From: Candidatus Omnitrophota bacterium | Lineage (GTDB): Bacteria > Omnitrophota > Gorgyraeia > Gygaellales > Profunditerraquicolaceae | DNA: 64,000 bases | Direction of reading: 5' to 3' | Assembly: GCA_025453395.1 (NCBI GenBank) | Contig: JALOQK010000001.1 | Span: forward strand, 10,244-74,243 | Shown: positions 44,830 to 54,279 of the stretch, piece after piece | Numbering within the stretch: the first letter of the stretch is position 1 | Layout: each line of letters starts with the position of its first letter | The notes under the pieces: model-generated | What the model was told of the DNA's origin: nothing | What the model saw: the letters and a program-made list of their open reading frames with translations, nothing else | Database searches by the model: none | Made by a program: the position numbers and the translations under genes

Positions 44830-46159
44830 AATCTACGAACAATCTTCCCTGAATACTTGATTTAAATAGTTTCTTGATCAAGAAACTAGGCCTTAAATAA
44901 AAACGCCTGTGAAAATCATTATAATAAAAATTAAGCTTATCCCAACTAAGCGTATCATGCTGGTATATTTGGCTGGGATTGTGAAAATTATAACAGGCCC
45001 AATCTTGCGTCTTTATAAGGCCCTGCTGCTTATACTCATCGTAAATGCTTGTCCCGGGAAAAGGCACCATAATAGTTGCCTTGGCAAAATCGGGGTTTAG
45101 TCTTATGGCAAAGTCTATTGTCTTGTTAATGCTTCTTTCAGTTTCACCCGGAAACCCCAGCATAAAAAACCCCACCAACTCAAGGCCTGCTTTCTTAATC
45201 ATTCGGCTTGCGCGAAATGCCTGCTCTATTGTAATGCCTTTATTGATCTTATCAAGCATTTCCTGACAGCCGCTTTCAAACCCCACGCCCACCTGATAAC
45301 ATCCGGCTTTCCTGGCAAGCTTCAAGAATTCATCATCGATGCGATCTACCCTTACACCTGTTCTTAAATTCCAAGTCATATTGATATTGCTTCTAATAAT
45401 TGCCTCGCAGATTTCTTTTGCTTTACTAATATCAGTAGTAAATTGATCATCCAAAACATGAAATTCCCGATACCCCAGCTTCTTTAAGATAAATAGCTCC
45501 TCAACAACCCTCTTGGCAGACTTGATCCGGAATTTCCTGCCATGCACTGTCTTGTTACAAAAAGTGCAATTAAAAACACAGCCCCTGCTCATTTCTATGG
45601 GCCCCACGGGATTATTTCTGGCAATCATCCCGGGACAGGAATAGTTATTTATGTCAAACAAATGCAAAGCAGGAAACGGCAGATCCTCTATCGGCAATTC
45701 GCCGCCCTTCTCTATTATCTTGGAAACTTTCTGGCCTCGCGCTATTTTCTTGATAATCTGTTCGCCTTCGCCAACAACTGCAATATCAAAAGAGGATTCT
45801 CTCAAAACCTCTTGGGGAAGCGAAGAAGCGTGCGGCCCGCCTATAATTGTAAGGATATTTCTCGATACAGACTTGGCAATCTGACTTATTCTTGAGGCTT
45901 CGTAGAAAAGCGGCGTGGTTGAAGTAACCCCGACCATATCAGGCTCAAAATCCAGGATCCTGCTTCTGACTTGCTGCCAGATATCGTTTGCGCAAAAAGC
46001 GGATAAATCAATTATGCTTACATCTATTCCCTCTTCAATAAGGCTGGCGGCGATCATTGCCAAAGACATAACCGGCAATCTGGGAACAGCAGCCCTTATC
46101 TTGGATTTACTGTAAACACTAACCGAGCTGGGAGGATTAAATAAAATACATTTCTTCAT
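44798..46159 (-). CDS. B12-binding radical SAM protein (class B)
   Basis: N-terminal cobalamin-binding fold (ILFNPP...VSIIDL); radical SAM CVFNCTFCNK; 453 aa. Confidence 0.75.
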   Translation of the reverse strand: MKKCILFNPPSSVSVYSKSKIRAAVPRLPVMSLAMIAASLIEEGIDVSIIDLSAFCANDIWQQVRSRILDFEPDMVGVTSTTPLFYEASRISQIAKSVSRNILTIIGGPHASSLPQEVLRESSFDIAVVGEGEQIIKKIARGQKVSKIIEKGGELPIEDLPFPALHLFDINNYSCPGMIARNNPVGPIEMSRGCVFNCTFCNKTVHGRKFRIKSAKRVVEELFILKKLGYREFHVLDDQFTTDISKAKEICEAIIRSNINMTWNLRTGVRVDRIDDEFLKLARKAGCYQVGVGFESGCQEMLDKINKGITIEQAFRASRMIKKAGLELVGFFMLGFPGETERSINKTIDFAIRLNPDFAKATIMVPFPGTSIYDEYKQQGLIKTQDWACYNFHNPSQIYQHDTLSWDKLNFYYNDFHRRFYLRPSFLIKKLFKSSIQGRLFVDFAYGYQTFRK

Positions 46160-48066
46160 TTTAATATGTCAAACCAAACCAGTTTCCCGTCCTTATCAAA
46201 ATAACCGATACTATGCGCGATAATCAAAAAGCCCTCGTCGTAAAATCTTGGCCTTTTTGCCCCAATAATCTTCCCAAAAACAACTATATCCCTGTCTTCG
46301 ACCCTTTGGGCGATCCTCTGGGTAAAGCCGGGAAAAATGATCTTATTCTCGATGTATACGGCTCTTGGGAAAGGCAAAGGTTTTAGGGCCCAATATTCCG
46401 GATGATGCTCTGCCATACCCTGGCCAGGCCCAAGATAAAAAGCATGAAAACTTCTATAGCGCAAAGGATAATAACAATACGCTGCGTCAACTCTCTCAAA
46501 AGAAGGCTGCGGCCACATTATATGTATTGTCCGCATATCCGTAGGGGTTAAAATTTCACCCAGATGGCCAAATTTTTGCCTTATCTGGTCTTCTGTAACC
46601 TCAAAGCGCCTTGTATCTTTACCTGATAAATTCGCCAACCTTAAAAAAAGGGGAATCGCTATTAAACACGCAAAGAATATAATATACAGCTTGATTATTT
46701 GAGGATAAAAAGTCTTTGGCGTAAATCCAAACTCTGCTTTAACATTTTTCTTGCCCTGGAAGCCTTCAAACAGAACAAATACCCCTGCTGCCAGCAGGCA
46801 ATACATAACAATCTCCAAGGACATCCATTCACGGTCTCCTCCCATGCCGCCGTTAAATAATAATGATAATAACATCCCGGCAAAATATAAAATTATGAAT
46901 ATGCGCTGATGCCTTGGCGCAAAAAATAAAATACGCAATAATCCAATTACGGCAAAAACATTGAAGAATAATCTATTCTTCAATAATAAAATAACCAATG
47001 CCGCGATAAATAATATCGCCTTGCCCCTCTTGGCTTTTAAAGAAAACAATTGCTTGATCCTTTCCCGGTCGTAAAAATACAAAAGAAGAATCAGGAATAT
47101 GCATGCCACAAAATACGCTCCGCCCGTTTTTTCATTGCTAAAAGCGCCGAAGATGTCTCTTGCGAAGAATTTAAAGGTCCACCTTAAACCCTCAAGCAAA
47201 TTTTCCGGATGCTCAACTGCTTGCTTTAGCGCCCCCAAATACAAGGCCTTCACCATGCCGGGGTTATCGTTTTGGATATAAGAAATAGCTACGTTTTTAT
47301 CCGAATAGATATCCGATGTAAACCCTGTTCCGCGATGCGCCTGCTGCCAGATCCTTATTGCAAAAACCTCGTTTGATTCAGTAGTGCAATAAAACTTAAC
47401 TGAAAAAAGATAAAAACTTATCCCCATAAAAACTGATAAGACAGCAACTAGCGTGAGTTTCAGCGATTTCTTGGAAAAGCCGTTTAAGAAAACCGGGAAC
47501 AAGGCAACTGTTACAAGCGACAGGAAATCCCAAGGCCTTATGGTTTGCGCTAAGGCAATAAAAAAACACGCCATAAAATAATGATTTAGAGAAAAATCAT
47601 GGAAACTTCTTATTATTAAAGCAAAGGCTATAACTAAAAGCGGCTGGGCCAGAACCTCTGTGGCAAGGCTTAACTGTAAAGGCGCATTCCACATGGCAAG
47701 AAACGACAAAAATACTACTATAAATATATTATTACGCAGATCCTTTAAAAGATAAAAAGCAGTCAAGAAACTTGCTATATTTAAGAATATAAAAAAGGCT
47801 GAATATAAAACATAATTATATTTAAACAAGAATCCCAGGATTGTTAAAACTAGCGGGAATATCGGCCTGCCGGGCAGCTTAATTCCATCAACGATATCCT
47901 TTGCGCAATCAAGCCATAACAAGGCGTCATTAATAGGATGCAGCCCCATCCTGAAAACGCCAATCTGATAATTACCGGCTGTCGGCAGAAGGATCATTAA
48001 ACGAAAAGAAACAAGCGCCAATATTAAAACCAGGCAAAATAAGATAAAGCGTTTGCTCATAAGCAA
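46156..48066 (-). CDS. large polytopic membrane protein (≥12 TM) with C-terminal soluble domain; GT-C-like glycosyltransferase candidate
   Basis: 636 aa, hydrophobic N-terminal 450 aa. No specific family recognised. It overlaps the rSAM start by 4 nt. Confidence 0.4.
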   Translation of the reverse strand: MLMSKRFILFCLVLILALVSFRLMILLPTAGNYQIGVFRMGLHPINDALLWLDCAKDIVDGIKLPGRPIFPLVLTILGFLFKYNYVLYSAFFIFLNIASFLTAFYLLKDLRNNIFIVVFLSFLAMWNAPLQLSLATEVLAQPLLVIAFALIIRSFHDFSLNHYFMACFFIALAQTIRPWDFLSLVTVALFPVFLNGFSKKSLKLTLVAVLSVFMGISFYLFSVKFYCTTESNEVFAIRIWQQAHRGTGFTSDIYSDKNVAISYIQNDNPGMVKALYLGALKQAVEHPENLLEGLRWTFKFFARDIFGAFSNEKTGGAYFVACIFLILLLYFYDRERIKQLFSLKAKRGKAILFIAALVILLLKNRLFFNVFAVIGLLRILFFAPRHQRIFIILYFAGMLLSLLFNGGMGGDREWMSLEIVMYCLLAAGVFVLFEGFQGKKNVKAEFGFTPKTFYPQIIKLYIIFFACLIAIPLFLRLANLSGKDTRRFEVTEDQIRQKFGHLGEILTPTDMRTIHIMWPQPSFERVDAAYCYYPLRYRSFHAFYLGPGQGMAEHHPEYWALKPLPFPRAVYIENKIIFPGFTQRIAQRVEDRDIVVFGKIIGAKRPRFYDEGFLIIAHSIGYFDKDGKLVWFDILK

Positions 48067-48123
48067 ATAGTAATATACATTGTGCTTTTATGATATAATA
48101 ATTTAGATAAAAAGGAGGTGTTT

Positions 48124-48450
48124 ATGGATATTAATTTATTCCTTACTAATACACAACAAATGCTGGCCCCTTATTTGGAGCAATTAAGGTTATTTAAATT
48201 TTCAGTATTAAACCCGGTGATCTGGGCCATCGCGCTTATCGTTTTCTTTATACTCTCCCGCAACTGGAACGCTAATAAAGCCTTTAGCTTTTGCATAATC
48301 ACGCTTCTTATACTTTTTAGCCAAACATTTGTCAGCGACCACCTTAGTTCATCTTATGCGCTGGTGTTTGACTCATCTGTAGTCAGAATAATATTCGCGG
48401 TATTTTTCTTTATTGTCCTCTTATATTATATTTTTATACGCGAGGATTAA
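48124..48450 (+). CDS. small membrane protein (hypothetical); the only plus-strand gene supported in the window
   Basis: ATG at 48124 is preceded by a perfect AAAGGAGG Shine-Dalgarno 5 nt upstream; 3 TM helices. It is divergent from the large membrane-protein gene. Confidence 0.5.
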   Translation: MDINLFLTNTQQMLAPYLEQLRLFKFSVLNPVIWAIALIVFFILSRNWNANKAFSFCIITLLILFSQTFVSDHLSSSYALVFDSSVVRIIFAVFFFIVLLYYIFIRED

Positions 48451-48475
48451 AGCCTTCGCTGATTAATATTTTACA

Positions 48476-48548
48476 CACGCCCGAGTGGAGTCGAACCACC
48501 AATAGCCAGTTCCGAAGACTGGTGCCCTATCCATTAGGCTACGGGCGC
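48476..48548 (-). tRNA. tRNA-Arg (anticodon TCG)
   Basis: Manual fold. Acceptor GCGCCCG/CGGGCGT (G1-U72 wobble) +G; anticodon stem-loop CCAGT-CTTCGGA-ACTGG gives TCG; T-loop GGTTCGACTCC. Confidence 0.7.
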
Positions 48549-48590
48549 ATAGTAAATGCGCGACTTGCGCCTGCCGGCAGGCAATACCGC
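48549..48590 (-). promoter_or_regulatory. second copy of the conserved tRNA-Arg 5' leader/promoter element
   Basis: atagtaaatgcgcgacttgcgcctgccggcaggcaataccgc versus 4274-4318. Confidence 0.4.
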
Positions 48591-48653
48591 CGCAGAAAGC
48601 GGCGCAGCTTACATCCATTTATACAAGAAGAAACGCAATACCCGCAAATCTTC

Positions 48654-49367
48654 CTATATAATCTGGCAATTATCGCCTAAGAATTCTTTTATTTCCTTAA
48701 GCCGGTTTGCGCTTGGCGCGTTTATCCCGGGCTGCGCAGTAACCCGCACCGGAGAATTAAGCTGTATTTTGTCGGGATTAATTCTCAGGATAGCCTTTTT
48801 CAAACTCACTACATGTTCTCGGCTGTCATTTATCCCAGCAATCAACATCACCTCAAGCCAAATCTTGCCCTTATATTCCTTTCGCAAACAAATAAGGCTT
48901 TTTATGATATCTTTAACCTTTATTCCGGGTAAAGGGCAATCTACGCGCCGGAAAATATCCTGGCTGACAGCGTCAAGCGATGGGATAATCAAATCTGCCT
49001 GAAGGATCTGTTTTCTGACCTTCTGCCTGGTCAAAAGAAAACTGTTGGTAATTACCGCAACCGGGATATTAGTGATTTTCTTAACCTGGCCGATCAAATA
49101 ACCAATTTCACTGTGCAACAACGGCTCCCCGCTGCCAGAAAAAGTAATATAATCTACCTTTTCATCGGCATGAGCTTTCAACCAGCTTTTTAGCTCTTTA
49201 ATCACCTGCGGGGAAGCAACATATTCCTTAAGGCGCATAGTTTTATGGGTAACCCTGCCAAGCTGACAATATACACAATCAAAAGTACATGTCTTATATG
49301 GGGTTAGATTAATGCCTAAAGAATTGCCTAGTCTACGGGATTTTAAAGGTCCGAATATGTATTTCAT
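48654..49367 (-). CDS. radical SAM domain protein (small, MoaA/anSME-activase-like core)
   Basis: 237 aa; CTFDCVYCQLG CxxxCxxC motif; FSGSGEPLL glycine-rich SAM motif. Confidence 0.65.
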   Translation of the reverse strand: MKYIFGPLKSRRLGNSLGINLTPYKTCTFDCVYCQLGRVTHKTMRLKEYVASPQVIKELKSWLKAHADEKVDYITFSGSGEPLLHSEIGYLIGQVKKITNIPVAVITNSFLLTRQKVRKQILQADLIIPSLDAVSQDIFRRVDCPLPGIKVKDIIKSLICLRKEYKGKIWLEVMLIAGINDSREHVVSLKKAILRINPDKIQLNSPVRVTAQPGINAPSANRLKEIKEFLGDNCQII

Positions 49368-49434
49368 GGCATAAAATAAAACTCGCTTTCAAAAGATACT
49401 TAAGGTCTTTAGAAAGCGAGTTTGATAAATAAAA

Positions 49435-49707
49435 TTACTTGACTTCAATTATGCTATTTTGCGTACCAAAAGAATTAGCGATATTGCTTGAGCTGGGGTC
49501 ATTTACCCAGTTCCCATCAACAAAAAATTTATATTCATACCTTCCGGGCTTAAGGCTCTTCTTAATCATCCAGCTGCCCTTAATCCCCTTCTTAGCTTTA
49601 ATGGAGCCTGTATCCCAATTATTAAAATTACCTGCTAAGCTGACACACTTGGCGCTAGGCGCGTAAAGCTTAAATTCAACCGTCTTTGACCGCATTGTTT
49701 TAACCAT
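49435..49707 (-). CDS. CBM48/AMPK-beta-like glycogen-binding domain protein
   Basis: 90 aa; VEFKLYAPSAKCVSLAGNFNNWD...YEYKFFVDGNWVNDP early-set/CBM48 pattern. Confidence 0.65.
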   Translation of the reverse strand: MVKTMRSKTVEFKLYAPSAKCVSLAGNFNNWDTGSIKAKKGIKGSWMIKKSLKPGRYEYKFFVDGNWVNDPSSSNIANSFGTQNSIIEVK

Positions 49708-49785
49708 CCCACCCTCCTTTGTTAAGTAGTTATACCTAACAATTCAGTTTATGTCAAGAAGTTTGTATCATCTTGTCATGTAATG

Positions 49786-50589
49786 CTATACGCTTACTAT
49801 TGAGATGTCGTTTCTTTGCGCCAAAAGAATGCTCTGTTCTGGGTCGATAAAAAGGGTTTTCCCTGCCTCAAAAGCAAGGCAAGAACAGCCCGCGTGAATC
49901 ATAGTTTTAATAGTATTTAAACCCACAACCGGAACGTCAAAGCGCAAATCCTGGCAAGGCTTACTTACTTTTACAATCACGGTTTTACGCCCGCCCACAA
50001 TGCCTGCGCGGCGGATCAAATTGTCTGTCCCTTCCAACGCCTCAACCGCTACGATGGCCTTATTTTTGACTGCCACAGCCTGCCCTATATCCAAAAGCGC
50101 GATCTCTTTGGCAAGCGCGAATCCAAAATACACATCCTCCCAAGTATCAAAGCCAGGGGCATTCTTAGTAAGCTGCCCCTTCTTGGGCATATAATCTTCT
50201 AAAAACAATGTAGAGCTAATAAGCGTTATCCCGTGCTCTTCTAATTTCGAGGCAATCGCTGCGAATATTGTATCCGCGCGCCTGTCTTTTAAATCCTGCA
50301 ACAAAGCCGATAAGGCCGGGTCATTATTTACTTCTTTACTAAAAAGCCTCCATGGGCTTATTTGCCCGGCCATAACCACCTTTGTAACTTCTTCGGACTT
50401 AAATATATCAAACATCCTGGAGAACCGGCTTAAATCTAACCAGTAAACTTTGTCCACCAGGCGCGATATACTGCGGCAGGTATCGCCTTTTATGGCGATG
50501 GCCACTGTTCCCAAACCTTTTTTCTTTGCTTCTTTAGCAAAAAGCAATGGGAATTTACGGTTACCGGCGATTATTCCTATTTTTTCCAT
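49786..50589 (-). CDS. lpxI: UDP-2,3-diacylglucosamine hydrolase, LpxI/DUF1009 family
   Basis: 267 aa; MEKIGIIAGNRKFP start typical of LpxI; sits in the lpx cluster. Confidence 0.65.
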   Translation of the reverse strand: MEKIGIIAGNRKFPLLFAKEAKKKGLGTVAIAIKGDTCRSISRLVDKVYWLDLSRFSRMFDIFKSEEVTKVVMAGQISPWRLFSKEVNNDPALSALLQDLKDRRADTIFAAIASKLEEHGITLISSTLFLEDYMPKKGQLTKNAPGFDTWEDVYFGFALAKEIALLDIGQAVAVKNKAIVAVEALEGTDNLIRRAGIVGGRKTVIVKVSKPCQDLRFDVPVVGLNTIKTMIHAGCSCLAFEAGKTLFIDPEQSILLAQRNDISIVSV

Positions 50590-50592
50590 TGT

Positions 50593-51408
50593 TTAATCGT
50601 TTGATCTAAAACGGCAGGAACGGCTTAATCCCCTTTCAGAACTAAGGATAAAATTCAAAAGATAGCTTAGCTCATCATTAAGGGTAATTTCCTGTTTGAT
50701 TTTTTCTACCGCGTGCTTTGGTGAAATGCCAGAATTAAAAACAAAACGAAAGGCCTTATCCAAACTATCAATCGCTTCTTTCTTGATCCCGTGGCGCCTT
50801 AGGCCAATTAAATTAAGCCCGTAAACTTTAGCCGGATGCCCGTCGCAAGTAGAAAATGGCGGGATATCCTGAACCACTTTAGAACAACCGCCAATGATAG
50901 AAAGCATGCCTACGCGCACAAACTGATGAACCGCCACAAGTCCCCCGATAACAGCTTTGTCTTCTACGGTTACATGCCCTGCTAAAGTAGCATTGTTGGC
51001 AAAAATACAATTATTTCCTACCTGGCAATCATGAGCCACATGCGAATAAGCCATCAATAAATTATTATTGCCAATAATGGTTTTACCACCGTCGGATGTC
51101 CCGGGATTAAGCGTGCAATACTCGCGGATAATATTGTTATCGCCTATTTCAAGAAAACTATGTTCTCCCTTATATTTTAGATCTTGCGGTGCGCTTCCCA
51201 CTACTGCGCCTGTGTAAATCTGGCAATCTTTGCCCATAGTGGTATTCCCGTCAATCAGGCAGTGCGCGCCGATCTTAGAATTATCGCCTATTGCCACATT
51301 ATCAGTGATAATCGCATACGCCCCCACAGAAATATTCTTGCCTAACTTGGCTTTCTCAGAAATTATCGCTGTTTTATGTATCATGTTCTTAAGGCTCCAC
51401 AATAGCAA
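50593..51408 (-). CDS. lpxA: acyl-ACP--UDP-GlcNAc O-acyltransferase
   Basis: 271 aa; left-handed beta-helix hexapeptide repeats; LpxA-type C-terminal helical domain. Confidence 0.85.
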   Translation of the reverse strand: MLLWSLKNMIHKTAIISEKAKLGKNISVGAYAIITDNVAIGDNSKIGAHCLIDGNTTMGKDCQIYTGAVVGSAPQDLKYKGEHSFLEIGDNNIIREYCTLNPGTSDGGKTIIGNNNLLMAYSHVAHDCQVGNNCIFANNATLAGHVTVEDKAVIGGLVAVHQFVRVGMLSIIGGCSKVVQDIPPFSTCDGHPAKVYGLNLIGLRRHGIKKEAIDSLDKAFRFVFNSGISPKHAVEKIKQEITLNDELSYLLNFILSSERGLSRSCRFRSND

Positions 51409-52693
51409 ACATCAATTCCGCTTCTGCTACCACTTTTCCATCTACCCTGGCCTTGCCAAAGACTTGGCCGGTGCGAGACTTTACTTTTCCTACGATCACT
51501 TCAAAAACAAGCTGATCCCCCGGGACAACCGTCTTCCTGAATTTTACATTATTCATAGTCATGAAGAACGCCAGCTTCCCCCTGTTTTCCGGCACAGCAA
51601 GCATCATTACTCCTCCCACCTGCGCCATGGCCTCTAAAATAATCACCCCCGGCATAACCGGTTTGCCCGGGAAATGCCCCTTAAAAAAATAATCATTCAT
51701 GGTAACATTCTTGATCCCCACGGCGCGCTTGCCTAATTCTATTTCGGTGATCCTGTCCACAAAAAGAAACGGCTCTCTGTGCGGCAGGATAGCCATAATC
51801 TTCTCAACATCAAGCAGGTCTCCGGAATTAATTACCAAATCTTGTCTGGAACTGTTAGCAGATTGATCCATGATTTTTTTCATCATATTCACGTTTAAGG
51901 CGTGCCCGCTTTTTACCGCCACGATATGCGCCTTTAAAACTCCTGTTAAAAGATACGCGTCTCCAATAAGATCTAATATTTTATGCCGGACAAATTCATT
52001 GCTAAAACGAAGCTTATTCTTGATCACCCCTGTTTTGCCTACGACCAGAGTATTATCATAATTAGCCCCCAGGCCAAGCCCGTTTTTCTGTAAAAGCCCT
52101 GCTTCTTCTTCAAGACAAAATGTGCGCGAAGGCGCGATTTCTTTCTTAATATATTCTGGGGTTATAACGGCCTCAAAAAAATCGCTTTTAATAAAATCAT
52201 CGTTATATTGTAAAGTATAAGAAATCTTGAATTCATTGCTTGGAAAAACTGCCAAAGATGCTGCGCCTGCATGTATCATCATCGGCTCTTTAACAACAAA
52301 AACATTGCGCGGTTTGGACTGTTTAGCCACCCCCGCCTTTTCAAGCGCTTCTATAAAAAGAAGGCTGCTTCCGTCCATGCCGGGCAATTCCTCATGGTCG
52401 ATCTCTACGATCAGATTATCAATTTCCATAGCGCGCAAGGCAGCCATCAGATGCTCAATAGTAAATACTTGCGCCCCATCCTTTGAAATACAGGTACAGC
52501 GCGGGCTTGACGACTGTGAAAGGGCATTCTCCACGCAGGCCTTAACCTGCGGCTTATTCTGAAGGTCAACCCGCACAAAAATAATCCCCGTATCTTCAAC
52601 AGCCGGCTTAAAGACAACAGTTGCAATTTTTCCTGTATGAAGGCCTATGCCTTTTAAGGAAAACTCGCGCGCGATAGTATTTTGATTATTCAT
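51389..52693 (-). CDS. lpxC/fabZ: bifunctional LpxC (UDP-3-O-acyl-GlcNAc deacetylase) / FabZ (3-hydroxyacyl-ACP dehydratase) fusion
   Basis: 434 aa. N-terminal LpxC fold with HKILDLIGD and conserved His/Asp. The C-terminal 145 aa are a hotdog FabZ (FKGHFPGKPVMPGVIILEAMAQ). Confidence 0.85.
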   Translation of the reverse strand: MNNQNTIAREFSLKGIGLHTGKIATVVFKPAVEDTGIIFVRVDLQNKPQVKACVENALSQSSSPRCTCISKDGAQVFTIEHLMAALRAMEIDNLIVEIDHEELPGMDGSSLLFIEALEKAGVAKQSKPRNVFVVKEPMMIHAGAASLAVFPSNEFKISYTLQYNDDFIKSDFFEAVITPEYIKKEIAPSRTFCLEEEAGLLQKNGLGLGANYDNTLVVGKTGVIKNKLRFSNEFVRHKILDLIGDAYLLTGVLKAHIVAVKSGHALNVNMMKKIMDQSANSSRQDLVINSGDLLDVEKIMAILPHREPFLFVDRITEIELGKRAVGIKNVTMNDYFFKGHFPGKPVMPGVIILEAMAQVGGVMMLAVPENRGKLAFFMTMNNVKFRKTVVPGDQLVFEVIVGKVKSRTGQVFGKARVDGKVVAEAELMFAIVEP

Positions 52694-52695
52694 AT

Positions 52696-53730
52696 TTATT
52701 TCTTAATCCTGGATTCCAACTCTTCTATTTTCTTCTTTAATTCTTTTATCGTTTGATAAAGCCTGGGCAAATTCTGCACGCAGGCATTTACCTTGATCGC
52801 CTGTTCATGGATTCTTGCCGGATAGCCGGATACGATCGTCCCGGCAGAAACAGACTTAGTTACCCCTGCCTGCGCTGCGACAATCGCGCCGTCTCCAACA
52901 GTCAAATGGCCGGATAAACCTGCTTGCCCGGCCAAAGTAACATTATCCCCGATGATATTACTTCCGGAAATCCCTACCTGCGCAATTACCAAACAATTCT
53001 TTCCGATAACAACATTATGAGCTATCTGCACCAGATTATCTATCTTGGTGCCCTTGCCGATTAAAGTTTTGTCAAAACGCGCCCTGTCAATGGTAACATT
53101 AGCGCCTATCTCTACATCATCTTCCACAACTACTGTCCCAAGCTGCGGGATTTTCTGATGTTTGCCCTCTACGGCAACAAAACCAAAACCATCAGAACCA
53201 ACTACTGTGCCACTATGGATAATCACCCTGTCTGCAATAGAAACATTTTCCCGGATGCAAACATGAGAATAGATAAGAGTGTCTTTGCCGATTTTCGCCT
53301 GGTAACCAATATAGGATAAAGGATAGATAACCGTGTTATCCCCGATAACTGCTTTATCCGCGACAACAGTATACGCGCCCAAAGAAACATTCTTTCCTAA
53401 AACAACCCCCTTGCCTATTATTGCCGTAGGGGCAATTCCCGCGGGATGCTTAACCTCTAAATCCAGAAAATGCGCGGCAAGTTTTGAAAAAGCAAGCGAA
53501 GGGTCATCAACGCGGATAACCGGCTTAGAAATACCCGTTACATCTCTTGCGGTAATAATCGCTTTTGCTTTAGTCTCTTTGACAAAGGGAAGATACTTAG
53601 GATTAGCAAGAAAAGTAATATCGCCCTGTCCAGCTTCTTTTATCCCGCAGATTCCGGTAATAACTATATTACCGTCTCCAAGAAGTTCGCCCTCTAATAA
53701 CTGAGCAATTTCCTTAAGGCTCTTTTGCAT
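52696..53730 (-). CDS. lpxD: UDP-3-O-acylglucosamine N-acyltransferase
   Basis: 344 aa; N-terminal LpxD domain plus hexapeptide beta-helix. Confidence 0.85.
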   Translation of the reverse strand: MQKSLKEIAQLLEGELLGDGNIVITGICGIKEAGQGDITFLANPKYLPFVKETKAKAIITARDVTGISKPVIRVDDPSLAFSKLAAHFLDLEVKHPAGIAPTAIIGKGVVLGKNVSLGAYTVVADKAVIGDNTVIYPLSYIGYQAKIGKDTLIYSHVCIRENVSIADRVIIHSGTVVGSDGFGFVAVEGKHQKIPQLGTVVVEDDVEIGANVTIDRARFDKTLIGKGTKIDNLVQIAHNVVIGKNCLVIAQVGISGSNIIGDNVTLAGQAGLSGHLTVGDGAIVAAQAGVTKSVSAGTIVSGYPARIHEQAIKVNACVQNLPRLYQTIKELKKKIEELESRIKK

Positions 53731-53739
53731 GCCCTTATC

Positions 53740-54258
53740 TTATTTCTTATAGGTACTATTTAACATCTCTATAATCTTATCCGTAACATCCATGCCTTTG
53801 GGCTGATAGGCAACCGCCGCGGCATCAAAGATCATAGTATAGCCTTCCTTCTCTGCGTACTCGGTGATTGTTTTCTTGATATCCTGCGAAAGCTCCATCG
53901 CCCTCTGCCCCTGCTCTTTACGAAGGTCTGACTGTCTCTGCTGAGCTAAACTCTGCAGCTCTTTGTATTTACCTTCAAACTCAGAAGCCTTGGTTTCTTT
54001 TTCTTTATCGCTTAAAAGAGCAATTTTATCCCTTAAGGTCTTTACTTCATTTTGTTTTTTATCAAGCTCTGCCGTGTACGCGGCCTGCTTATCCTCAAGA
54101 AGCTTGGTATAATCTTTGGCCTTACTATACGCGTCGCCTATCCTGTCAATGCTGACATAACCAAATTTGTAATCTGCCCCAAAACAATTAAGCGCCACTA
54201 ACATCGCGATAATCCCCACGAACAAAGATGTTTTCTTCATTGCTGTTTCTCCTTTCAA
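53740..54258 (-). CDS. skp: periplasmic chaperone Skp/OmpH
   Basis: 172 aa; signal peptide; long coiled-coil with Lys/Glu-rich arms. Confidence 0.75.
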   Translation of the reverse strand: MKGETAMKKTSLFVGIIAMLVALNCFGADYKFGYVSIDRIGDAYSKAKDYTKLLEDKQAAYTAELDKKQNEVKTLRDKIALLSDKEKETKASEFEGKYKELQSLAQQRQSDLRKEQGQRAMELSQDIKKTITEYAEKEGYTMIFDAAAVAYQPKGMDVTDKIIEMLNSTYKK

Positions 54259-54279
54259 GTTTTTATTATTTTTAAAAGA

